Shown: one piece after another, positions 28,848 to 35,987 of the stretch | Position numbering within the stretch: the stretch's first letter is position 1 | How the letters are laid out: every line of letters starts with the position of its first letter | From: Rhodanobacteraceae bacterium | GTDB lineage: Bacteria; Acidobacteriota; Terriglobia; Terriglobales; Acidobacteriaceae | Length of the DNA stretch: 37,135 nucleotides | Assembly (NCBI GenBank): GCA_043783075.1 | Contig: JAYVZU010000389.1 | Location: 1 to 37,135, forward strand | Direction of reading: 5' to 3' | Notes under the pieces: model-generated | Seen by the model: only the letters and a program-made list of their open reading frames with translations | What the model was told of the DNA's origin: nothing | Databases searched by the model: none | Translations under genes and position numbers: made by a program

Positions 28848-29116
28848 AGCCCGCGCATGTGTTCATGGGTTTTCTCATCTGCCTGATGTTCACGGCAGCT
28901 ATTGTGGCGCTGTTCCTTATCGAACCAAAGGCTGGCGCACGGGAGCCCCTGCTGCTGCTGATCGGTTCTCTGTCAGCCGCGTTCGGTGCTGTGATCGCAT
29001 GGTTTTTTGGCTCGACCAGCAGCAGCGCCCGCAAAGACGAATTGCTGGCCGCAAGCACGCCCGCGCCAACAGGCATCACCACTGTTCAAACAGCAACGCT
29101 GACGGAGACGAAATGA
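28844..29116 (+). CDS. putative holin (2 TM)
   Basis: Two hydrophobic helices and a G.L......V..WFFGS.SSS..KD motif. Confidence 0.7.
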   Translation: MKPAHVFMGFLICLMFTAAIVALFLIEPKAGAREPLLLLIGSLSAAFGAVIAWFFGSTSSSARKDELLAASTPAPTGITTVQTATLTETK

Positions 29117-29307
29117 AACGCACCATCGCCACCTTCCTCTGCGCGCTCTGCGCTAACGCACCAGCCATTGAGCTACGCATGACGCCCGCGGAGGCGTCCG
29201 CGTGCCAGCGCGAAGACGGCTGCACCGTGATCAGCCAGTCGCTGTTGAATCAGATGCTGGAACAAGCACGCCAGCGGGGCATGGCGACCTGCGAGTCCCG
29301 CATCTGA
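29113..29307 (+). CDS. small secreted Cys-containing protein
   Basis: GGAG RBS, ATGA coupling, MKRTIATFLCALCANAPA signal-like N-terminus. Confidence 0.55.
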   Translation: MKRTIATFLCALCANAPAIELRMTPAEASACQREDGCTVISQSLLNQMLEQARQRGMATCESRI

Positions 29308-29529
29308 TCACTTGCCCGGGCGCAGCTCACCATTGATGCACTGGGTGGCGTAGCTTTCGTCATAGTCCGGCCAACCCGTGCTTGGGTTTTGCTGGTGGCG
29401 GTACACCATGTCGCAGTAGAGCTCCGCTTGCTCCTGCTGGTCCAACCTGTCGCACGAACCTAGCACGCCCAGCAGGATCAACAAGAAGAGAATCCCCAGT
29501 GCGTCTGGCGCATGGAATCGTGTGGTCAT
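29308..29529 (-). CDS. putative lipoprotein
   Basis: GGAGG RBS; hydrophobic stretch ending LGSC (lipobox-like); YCDMV...GWPDY. Confidence 0.65.
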   Translation of the reverse strand: MTTRFHAPDALGILFLLILLGVLGSCDRLDQQEQAELYCDMVYRHQQNPSTGWPDYDESYATQCINGELRPGK

Positions 29530-29687
29530 TTCAAAAACCTCCACAGCGAGCGCAGCCCGCTGAACGTCATTTTGGTTGTCTGTTTGCGCACGATGCGCCC
29601 AAGGATGTCACCCTTGCGCACCGCTTGCACGTCACCCAGTATTGAACCCAGGCGGTAAAGCATTGAGCGGAACTTAGCGAGGGTCAT
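29526..29687 (-). CDS. small basic protein (53 aa; not in the ORF track)
   Basis: MTLAKFRSMLYRLGSILGDVQAVRKGDILGRIVRKQTTKMTFSGLRSLWRFLK*; ATGA overlaps at both ends. Confidence 0.7.
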   Translation of the reverse strand: MTLAKFRSMLYRLGSILGDVQAVRKGDILGRIVRKQTTKMTFSGLRSLWRFLK

Positions 29688-29947
29688 ACGAACTCATGAT
29701 TCCGAAGCCAGCCCTGCAATGCTTGCACGTTGCCCCACATTACCCGACTCTTGTGCTGCCACTTGCCGCTGGTCGGGTAATACATGACCGCACCGCTCGG
29801 GGTATTCACCCGAAACACGTTCTTCGACTGTTCGGTGGCTGGGACACCCAGCGCCTTGAGCGATTCGATGTTGACCACAGCGCGGGCCTCGCGCTGCTCC
29901 TTCCTGTGCGCCCGCAGCGCATCGAACTCTTCCCGCATATCACCCAC
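29684..29947 (-). CDS. hypothetical phage protein
   Basis: AAGGAG RBS, GTG start; GDM.E.F..L N-terminus and YYPTSGKW. Confidence 0.7.
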   Translation of the reverse strand: MGDMREEFDALRAHRKEQREARAVVNIESLKALGVPATEQSKNVFRVNTPSGAVMYYPTSGKWQHKSRVMWGNVQALQGWLRNHEFV

Positions 29948-30053
29948 AGCTCTCTCCTTGCTTGCAATGCACCAGCAGCCGCATTAGGCGCTCGCTGGGG
30001 CCGTTTTTAGGGTGCCACCGCCACTACCCTAGCAGCGGCACCCCGCGATCGCC

Positions 30054-31541
30054 TTACGCGGCTTCTTTTTCTTCAAACGTCACCAGCACCTTCTTGGCGC
30101 GGGTGGTTGCAACGTAGCACAGATTCAGCTCCTGTTGCTGCCGCCATGCTTGGCGCGCCCACTTGGCGGGGCACGCGGCACGATTCAGCCACCATACCGT
30201 GTCAGCCTCCAAGCCCTTGCTCTTGTGGATAGTTGCAAGCGTTACGGCGTTGCGGTTGTCGTTGAACAGGCTGTCGATAACGCGCAGCATCTCGGGGATG
30301 GTGCGGCTGTTTTCGTCCAGCGCACCCACCAAGCACATGATGGCATCAACCTTGTCGCGGATCGCTTCAGCTTTCGCCTCCTGTTGCTTGGCGATAGCCT
30401 TTTCGGATTCACGCTCGCACCATATGTCCAGCTTGGCGATCAGGCGGTCAATACCGTCAGCCTTCATCTTGCTCACCAGCGTCTTCAAACCCTGGCCGAT
30501 TTCCTTGCCCATAATCTTTGCAGGTATGCGAGCGCGGAGGAAGCGGTAAGCGAGCGCGATCAGCGGCTTGGTGGTGCGGCACACAATGAGGTCGGTTTCG
30601 CCGAACTCGGTCAGTTTCCACTGCGCGCCCTTGTGCAGTACCTGCCCGGCGGGTGCGTTCGGCGCGGCTTCAATGTGGTCAACCCACTGCTGCGCATATT
30701 CAACGACGCTGGTCGGGCAGCGGTAGCTCACCGTCAGCGGCAAGCGCTTGCACCTGAACTCATCCGCAATCATGTTCAGCGAATTGCTGTCAGCACCACG
30801 GAAGCCGTAGACCGCTTGTGCAGGGTCGCCCACCGCAATCAGGCGGGACTTGGGGCCCATGATTTTGCGCAGTATGGCGCGCTGGATGGCATTGGTGTCT
30901 TGCGCCTCGTCGACAAAGACAAAGAAGTATTTCGGCAGGGGCAAACCCTCCTTCACCGCGAGGTACAGCAGGTCGTCGAAGTCAACCATCGGGCTGGCGT
31001 TGCTCCAGGCGAGCAGGTCGCTAGCAAGGGCAAGCGCACGACCCAGGTCTGCGCCTTCGTTGTCGAGCTCGAGGTCGTGCAGGGTAACGATGTCAAGCCA
31101 CTCAGACTCGACGTCCGGCAGCAAGCAACCGATGCCAACCTGCCTGCCCAACCCAACCAGCTTGCTGATGAACGTGCCATACAAGAACTGGTCGTCACCG
31201 CTGAGGTTTTGCTTCACCAGCAGGCGCAGCTTGTCGGGCTCGACCGTGCGGGTGTTCTTGAACTTGGTGACTGCACCGTAGGTGAGTGAGTGGAAGGTTT
31301 TGGCGTTGACCCCGCGGCCCTTGAGCTCGTCAGCGATCGCCTTGTTGAAAGCGAGGAAAACAGTGCTTTGCGACTCGGGCACCAGCGACATACCGTGAAC
31401 GATGGTGGTGGACTTGCCGCTGCCAGCAACCGCTTCGATCACAGCGTTGCCCGCGAAGGGGTCGGCGATGTGCGCAAAAATGGCGTCTTGGTAAGCGCTC
31501 CAGGTACGGGTGGCAGCAGCGGTGGCGGTGAGGGTGTTCAT
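30054..31541 (-). CDS. UvrD/Rep-like superfamily 1 helicase
   Basis: AVAGSGKS, FVDEAQD, VGDPAQAVYGFRGA, SYRCP, TIHKSKGLE, YVATTRA. Confidence 0.95.
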   Translation of the reverse strand: MNTLTATAAATRTWSAYQDAIFAHIADPFAGNAVIEAVAGSGKSTTIVHGMSLVPESQSTVFLAFNKAIADELKGRGVNAKTFHSLTYGAVTKFKNTRTVEPDKLRLLVKQNLSGDDQFLYGTFISKLVGLGRQVGIGCLLPDVESEWLDIVTLHDLELDNEGADLGRALALASDLLAWSNASPMVDFDDLLYLAVKEGLPLPKYFFVFVDEAQDTNAIQRAILRKIMGPKSRLIAVGDPAQAVYGFRGADSNSLNMIADEFRCKRLPLTVSYRCPTSVVEYAQQWVDHIEAAPNAPAGQVLHKGAQWKLTEFGETDLIVCRTTKPLIALAYRFLRARIPAKIMGKEIGQGLKTLVSKMKADGIDRLIAKLDIWCERESEKAIAKQQEAKAEAIRDKVDAIMCLVGALDENSRTIPEMLRVIDSLFNDNRNAVTLATIHKSKGLEADTVWWLNRAACPAKWARQAWRQQQELNLCYVATTRAKKVLVTFEEKEAA

Positions 31542-31637
31542 GGTGGTTTCCTTTGACAGCTGACTCCCCGGAGACGTCCGGGGGTTTCGTTCAGCAGGAT
31601 TGCAGTTTAACGGAAATTTGCGGGATAGGCACCAAGC

Positions 31638-31790
31638 CTACTCGTCGGCTTGACCCGTGATGTCGGTGATGTTGATCCACCGGATGCCTTCTTGGTTCAG
31701 CTGGGCTGCGGCTTCAGCCTTGCTGTTTGCGTACACGAGGCGATGGATGCTGAACAGCTTGGCGTAGGCTTCAATGATGTAAGTGTTCAT
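31638..31790 (-). CDS. small hypothetical protein
   Basis: 50 aa from MNTY; directly downstream of a predicted promoter. Confidence 0.55.
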   Translation of the reverse strand: MNTYIIEAYAKLFSIHRLVYANSKAEAAAQLNQEGIRWINITDITGQADE

Positions 31791-31825
31791 GATGTGCTTT
31801 CGGGTGAGGGGTTGCTGATGAAGCA

Positions 31826-31854
31826 ATTATGGACGGATTGGTCAACCTGTGCAA
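31826..31854 (-). promoter_or_regulatory. sigma70-type promoter
   Basis: - strand TTGCAC-N17-CATAAT in an intergenic gap. Confidence 0.65.
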
Positions 31855-31873
31855 GCCCCTACAGATTGTAAGA

Positions 31874-32149
31874 TTATTCCAACCCCGCCTCGAACAACCG
31901 CGTCACCATCCCGAGGTGTACGGGGTACGCGGCGGTGAAGCTGTTGTTGCCCGCCCAGCGAACGCTGGCAGCCTTACCCAGCCACAGCCACATTGGCTTG
32001 AGCGCGCCAGGGGTTGCAAGGCCTGTAGCGGGGTTCCGCTGCACCGTTGCCACTTGCTTGGTATAGCACTCGCGAGCGCTGCGGGTGTCGGTGCGCACCC
32101 AGCCGGATGCGAGCAGACCCTTGCGAATGGTGTCGGTTTTGGTTGCCAT
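31874..32149 (-). CDS. hypothetical basic protein
   Basis: TAAGGTG RBS before ATG at 32149 (MATKTDT...); the longer start at 32251 would run through the attC half-site. Confidence 0.6.
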   Translation of the reverse strand: MATKTDTIRKGLLASGWVRTDTRSARECYTKQVATVQRNPATGLATPGALKPMWLWLGKAASVRWAGNNSFTAAYPVHLGMVTRLFEAGLE

Positions 32150-32202
32150 GGTGTTCACCTTAGGCTGCGGTGGCGGCAGCAGCATGGCGGGCCATCGCCC
32201 AC

Positions 32203-32225
32203 GCCGCTGAGCTATGTTGTTAGCC
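32203..32225 (+). mobile_element. attC: partial attC site (L' and R' boxes only)
   Basis: GCC-GCTGAGC-tatgtt-GTTAGCC; no matching RYYYAAC upstream. Confidence 0.6.
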
Positions 32226-32258
32226 GGAACCAATACCCTCGGCGCCGGCATCTGCGCA

Positions 32259-32651
32259 TTAAACGGTGTGAGTGCCTTCCACGCCGCGCGCCATGCGGGC
32301 CTTCGTGCGGCGCTGCAAAGCGGTCTGCGCCTGTTCCATGCAGGCCAGCGCTTCGGCGTTGTCGGCGCTGTGGTACGGCCCAGCCTGGAAGCCGCGCATG
32401 CGGTCGCACAGGATCGCCAGCAGGGCTTCGTGCGTCACGCCGTTCACGCCAGCTTCGGCAATCGGGCCGTTCTGGAACAGGATCAGTGCCGTGTCGGCGT
32501 CTTGGTCGTCGGGGTCTGAGGGATTCGTCGTGTTGTCGAAACCTGAAATCAGGTATGCGTGGTTTGCGCCACCGCTGCCCGGTTCGTCCAGCACGCGCAC
32601 CGTCAGCACGTCGTTCGCGGGGTTCACTTTGTGGTCTTCAAGGGTTCGCAT
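32259..32651 (-). CDS. tad1: Tad1-family (Thoeris/CBASS anti-defence) sponge protein
   Basis: G.GGA.H.Y, I.FQ.GP..E.GVNGV..E.LL.I..DR...FQAGP, N..AL...E.A...L.RR...R..RGVEGT match the recognised Tad1 pattern; AAGGA RBS. Confidence 0.85.
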   Translation of the reverse strand: MRTLEDHKVNPANDVLTVRVLDEPGSGGANHAYLISGFDNTTNPSDPDDQDADTALILFQNGPIAEAGVNGVTHEALLAILCDRMRGFQAGPYHSADNAEALACMEQAQTALQRRTKARMARGVEGTHTV

Positions 32652-32691
32652 TTCTGTCCTTCTGTCGTTGTGCCGGCATGGGTCGGGCGCC

Positions 32692-32777
32692 GGCTAACCC
32701 GCATTCGAGCGGACGCGCAACGGCATGGTTACGCTCCGTCCAGGCCAGTGCGCGCGCCGCTCAATACAACGTTAGCC
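32692..32777 (+). mobile_element. attC: attC site (86 bp)
   Basis: R'' GGCTAAC, L'' ATTCGAGC (extra C), GGAC (extra A), L' GCTCAAT, R' GTTAGCC; R''-L'' spacer is 4 nt rather than the usual 5. Confidence 0.85.
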
Positions 32778-33089
32778 GCCGCTCTTCCCCGCCAGTTCAT
32801 TCAGGCGTCGAAGCGCATTCAGGCGTCGAAGCGTTTCGCGCGCTTCCCGCGGCGTAAGCGGCCCGTCACAGCCAACACCAAGAATGTCTCTCACCTGTTC
32901 GCCGAATGATAGCATGCCAAGCCGCGGAATCAGACGCCACGCCAGCCAAACAAGGCCCGCGAACGTTAATAGCCAGCCAACAACGGGCAGGGCCTTGTCC
33001 AGCAGCAGCCACCACACAAACGCATCATGGCCGGTCGCCCCCATCGTCTGCAGGGTATCGAGAATCATCTTCAGTTGCGTGTTGTCCAT
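32772..33089 (-). CDS. membrane protein (cassette gene)
   Basis: GGAG RBS; Trp-rich TM segment; its TAA stop coincides with the attC R' box. Confidence 0.7.
   Translation of the reverse strand: MDNTQLKMILDTLQTMGATGHDAFVWWLLLDKALPVVGWLLTFAGLVWLAWRLIPRLGMLSFGEQVRDILGVGCDGPLTPREARETLRRLNALRRLNELAGKSGG
32798..32833. repeat. perfect 18-bp tandem duplication
   Basis: CATTCAGGCGTCGAAGCG twice; encodes LRRLNA-LRRLNE. Confidence 0.9.
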
Positions 33090-33125
33090 AATCACTCCAA
33101 GTCTTGCCGCGCTTCGGAGGTAGGC

Positions 33126-33212
33126 GGCTAACCATTCATTTAACCGGACGCATGAACGGCCGGGGCTTCTTACTGCTTCAGCGCGGGGCGCCGGTTAATT
33201 CAACTGTTAGGC
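33126..33212 (+). mobile_element. attC: attC site (87 bp)
   Basis: R'' GGCTAAC-cattc-L'' ATTTAACC-GGAC ... L' GGTTAAT-tcaact-R' GTTAGGC; canonical 5/6 spacers and two extrahelical bases. Confidence 0.9.
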
Positions 33213-33216
33213 GGCA

Positions 33217-33405
33217 CTAGCCACGCGCAGTGGCACGCTCCCAAATGGAATCCAAAGATTCAATTTGCTTTGGGCTGGGCCGTCGGCCCGCTTCGATCTG
33301 TCGGCGCAGCGAGTCCACAAAGCCGCGCTCCCAATCGGTCAGCCGTTCCTCGCGTTTCTCGCAGTCGTCCAGCATCGTCATGTACTCGTCGGCCCAGGTT
33401 GCCAT
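33217..33405 (-). CDS. small conserved-type phage protein
   Basis: LTDWERGFVDSL....PSPKQ...L..IW motif; AAGGA RBS. Confidence 0.75.
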   Translation of the reverse strand: MATWADEYMTMLDDCEKREERLTDWERGFVDSLRRQIEAGRRPSPKQIESLDSIWERATARG

Positions 33406-33409
33406 GGCA

Positions 33410-33820
33410 TCATTCCTTTATATGGCTCGGGTCGCTGAACAGCGATGAGCCGGTGGCGACGAACTCGTCGGTGGCTGGCGGCTGCGCCAGCGCATGTACC
33501 ACGCCACGGAAAATGAAGTCTTTCGCCTGCTGGCCGACCGGCAGATCGGCGAACGGCACCATGCAATGGTGCTGCTTCAGGTCTGGCTTCTTCTCGGGGC
33601 CATATACCCAACCCTCGGCCACCTTCCGCGCCATCCAGCTTTCGTGGCTGGCCTGCGGGCCGGCGTCGGGGTTCTCGATGTGCAGCGCAACGCCAAGCAT
33701 CGCCGAGTCGCGTTGCCACTTCGGCGCGTCTTCCCATGCCGGTTGGCTGTTGTCGCCCAGCGCCTCGCAATAGGCGCGGTTCACTTCGTGTGCCACTCGG
33801 GCAATCTGCTCTGCGTTCAT
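33410..33820 (-). CDS. stand-alone RyR (ryanodine receptor repeat) domain protein
   Basis: IAR..HE.NRAYC, HESWM..K..EGW.YG..K....K.H.CMVPF..LP..QQ.KD signature; AAGGA RBS before ATG 33820. Confidence 0.85.
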   Translation of the reverse strand: MNAEQIARVAHEVNRAYCEALGDNSQPAWEDAPKWQRDSAMLGVALHIENPDAGPQASHESWMARKVAEGWVYGPEKKPDLKQHHCMVPFADLPVGQQAKDFIFRGVVHALAQPPATDEFVATGSSLFSDPSHIKE

Positions 33821-33831
33821 CGTCGGTCCTT

Positions 33832-33866
33832 TCGTTGTGCCGGTATGGGTCGGGCGCCGGCTAACC
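33832..33866. repeat. 35-bp direct repeat of 32665-32699 (1 mismatch)
   Basis: TCGTTGTGCCGG(C/T)ATGGGTCGGGCGCCGGCTAACC. Confidence 0.95.
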
Positions 33867-33880
33867 TGTCGCTGCACCTG
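33859..33880 (+). mobile_element. attC: partial attC site (R'' and L'' boxes only)
   Basis: GGCTAAC-ctgtc-GCTGCACC-TG; no L'/R' follows before the polymerase stop. Confidence 0.65.
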
Positions 33881-33911
33881 TGCGGATTGCATAGTGCAAG
33901 CATAACGCCAT

Positions 33912-35987
33912 TTAAAAGCTCCGTCTGTCCGGATACGGACATCGACCTATTGCTATATCCCCCACCCCTAAGGAAGCCAGTAGAACATCAGCTTCCTTCT
34001 CGTACCAAGCGAAATCAACATCGACCGGGAATTCTGTGGGCAGCTCCAGCAGGGGTTTGGCGCCAGCGGACTTTGGCACTCGATTGCCATTGCGTGCGTA
34101 CACCATATCGGGAAGATCGTCGGTGCTGTAGTACCATCGAACCGACCCGCCAAGATAGTCGCTACCCTGCACCGCCCCACCCTGCACCTTCCGCACACAC
34201 ACGAAGTCGCGGATGTCAGCCGACCCCGTGATTGTGGTCAGCAACGGGGCCGCATCAATCAAGTAACGCTCCACAGCAGTGACGCAGATTTGTGCAGCGG
34301 GGTTCTTGTGCAGCTGAAGAACGTCCATCTTGTTGCCGCGCCAAGGGTTGGAAAAGGCGCCTTTGTTCTTGGTGCCTTCGGGCTCGCCTGTCCATTGCTT
34401 GGTCGACTTATTAAACCCCTCTTTCACCGCCAGATAGCTGTTCACATCCCGGCTATAGAGCGCGAGGTAACGAGTGGCCTCTGTTTCATAGTCGGTTTCA
34501 AGTTCCCACTGGCGAACGATCGCTTCCATGTCCGCTTGCCTGCTGCGCAAACACTTCACCACAATGCCATCCGTGTTGGCGCTGACCACACGGATGCCTG
34601 CAAGCTCAAAGCGCTCAATCAGCATCAGCAGGCTCAGCTGGCCCGTCACCGTCACTTGGATCAGCAGGTCCGGGGAGTAGAGAATTGAATACTTATTCCC
34701 CAGCTTGCCAAACGACCCGTTGATGGTGATCTTCAACGTATCCGCCATCACCTTGTCACCTCGCCGCTTTGCAGCGATGCGCCGGTCCACGATGGTCTTG
34801 TATACCTTCAAGAACGCTGGGCCCAGGTGGTGCGGGTATAAGCCCTGGTTCAGGATCACCTGCGGATAGTATGAGGTGACGTCCCGGTCCTCGATAAAGT
34901 AGTCAGCGTCAGCGACATGCGCTGTCTTCGCCTCGCTGCTGTGCAGCCCGCCAATCCCCATGCGGTACACTCCACCTGCGATAGGAATCTGCAGGTCCGC
35001 AAGTTCCGGCGGGGTTCCTACTGCACCGCTTTCCCCGACGATGAATAGTGCGTTGCGCACCACCTCGAGCGTCCATTGCATAGTGGGGCTCGAGTAGCGC
35101 AGAAACGCGGGCACCCTGTAGCGGTACGCCGTGCCAACATCGATCGTCGGCCTGGTGGGCTCCATGCCCGTGGCAATACGCATTTCCTGGCCAATCACGG
35201 CCTCAGCAATCTGCGCGTCGGACTTGCTGCGCAGGTCTATTCGGTATTCCTCGCTCATGCGTAAGCGAAGCTGAAGCTGATCGGCCAAGCAGGCGCGCAG
35301 GTATGCCGTCGTTCGTAGGTCGTTGATGCAGTAGTACCTAACGATCGCTTTCTGCGCAGCGCTCAGCACTGTGCCCGGCGGGAAGGGTAGATCCTGCATC
35401 CGCGGAACGTGCAACCGACCGCCGTAGATCTTCAGGCCGGCAAACAGTGGCGCCACCTCGATCAGATCAATGTGGTCACACTTCAGTTTCTTGGCCTTGA
35501 ATTGCTTGCGGACGTCGCTGCGGTTCTGTTGCTCGACAATTAGTAGCGTAGCAGCATGGGCGATCGCTTCGGTGCTGCACCCAGCCAGCGCCAGCTCGAC
35601 CACAGTATTATCGAAGTTGATGCTATTGAAACCGACCGTGAGAAACTTCTCCATCAGCCATCGCAGCCGCGTCTCGTCTACCTTCTCGCCGCTGTTGAAC
35701 TCAACCCAGGCTATTGCGCCGGTCGTGTAATCCATAAAGGCGGCTAGGAAATAATTCGGGTAGACCTCACAGTCGTATATCAGCTCATGACCACCCGCCA
35801 ACGCCGATATCAGTTCCTGCTGGGTGAGAATATGCACCCCGTCCATTCGCACCGCAGCGTCCAGCCCCGGCAGGTAGTCGGGGGACTCCCAGGTGCGTTC
35901 GGGTGGAGTGCGCTTCTCCTGTTCCTTCTTTTGTTTTGGTTCGGGTGGTAGATCCCGCCAGAAGAAACCTAGTGCGTCACTCCGCAT
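33912..35987 (-). CDS. family B DNA polymerase with a 3'-5' exonuclease domain
   Basis: ExoI YDCE, GFNS..FD, YC.ND; polymerase motifs DVTSYYP, K...NG.FGK, SANTDG. Confidence 0.92.
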   Translation of the reverse strand: MRSDALGFFWRDLPPEPKQKKEQEKRTPPERTWESPDYLPGLDAAVRMDGVHILTQQELISALAGGHELIYDCEVYPNYFLAAFMDYTTGAIAWVEFNSGEKVDETRLRWLMEKFLTVGFNSINFDNTVVELALAGCSTEAIAHAATLLIVEQQNRSDVRKQFKAKKLKCDHIDLIEVAPLFAGLKIYGGRLHVPRMQDLPFPPGTVLSAAQKAIVRYYCINDLRTTAYLRACLADQLQLRLRMSEEYRIDLRSKSDAQIAEAVIGQEMRIATGMEPTRPTIDVGTAYRYRVPAFLRYSSPTMQWTLEVVRNALFIVGESGAVGTPPELADLQIPIAGGVYRMGIGGLHSSEAKTAHVADADYFIEDRDVTSYYPQVILNQGLYPHHLGPAFLKVYKTIVDRRIAAKRRGDKVMADTLKITINGSFGKLGNKYSILYSPDLLIQVTVTGQLSLLMLIERFELAGIRVVSANTDGIVVKCLRSRQADMEAIVRQWELETDYETEATRYLALYSRDVNSYLAVKEGFNKSTKQWTGEPEGTKNKGAFSNPWRGNKMDVLQLHKNPAAQICVTAVERYLIDAAPLLTTITGSADIRDFVCVRKVQGGAVQGSDYLGGSVRWYYSTDDLPDMVYARNGNRVPKSAGAKPLLELPTEFPVDVDFAWYEKEADVLLASLGVGDIAIGRCPYPDRRSF

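Noticed and set aside
30135-31289. 384-aa + strand ORF
   Set aside because: Antisense shadow of the helicase
31556-31600. Intact hammerhead ribozyme
   Set aside because: CUGANGA is incomplete, stem II is absent and stem I cannot form; kept only as a low-interest hairpin
31604-31636. Second sigma70 promoter upstream of the helicase (- strand TAAACT)
   Set aside because: The -10 is plausible but no acceptable -35 lies at 16-18 nt spacing
31829-32857. 342-aa + strand ORF, which would give the cassettes a conventional orientation
   Set aside because: Runs through attC sites, has Arg/Pro/Ala-rich non-coding-like composition and lies opposite the well-supported Tad1 gene
32203-33880. CRISPR array or simple terminators as an explanation for the repeats and hairpins
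   Set aside because: Repeats are separated by whole genes, not 30-40 nt spacers; the hairpins have attC box architecture and no U-tracts
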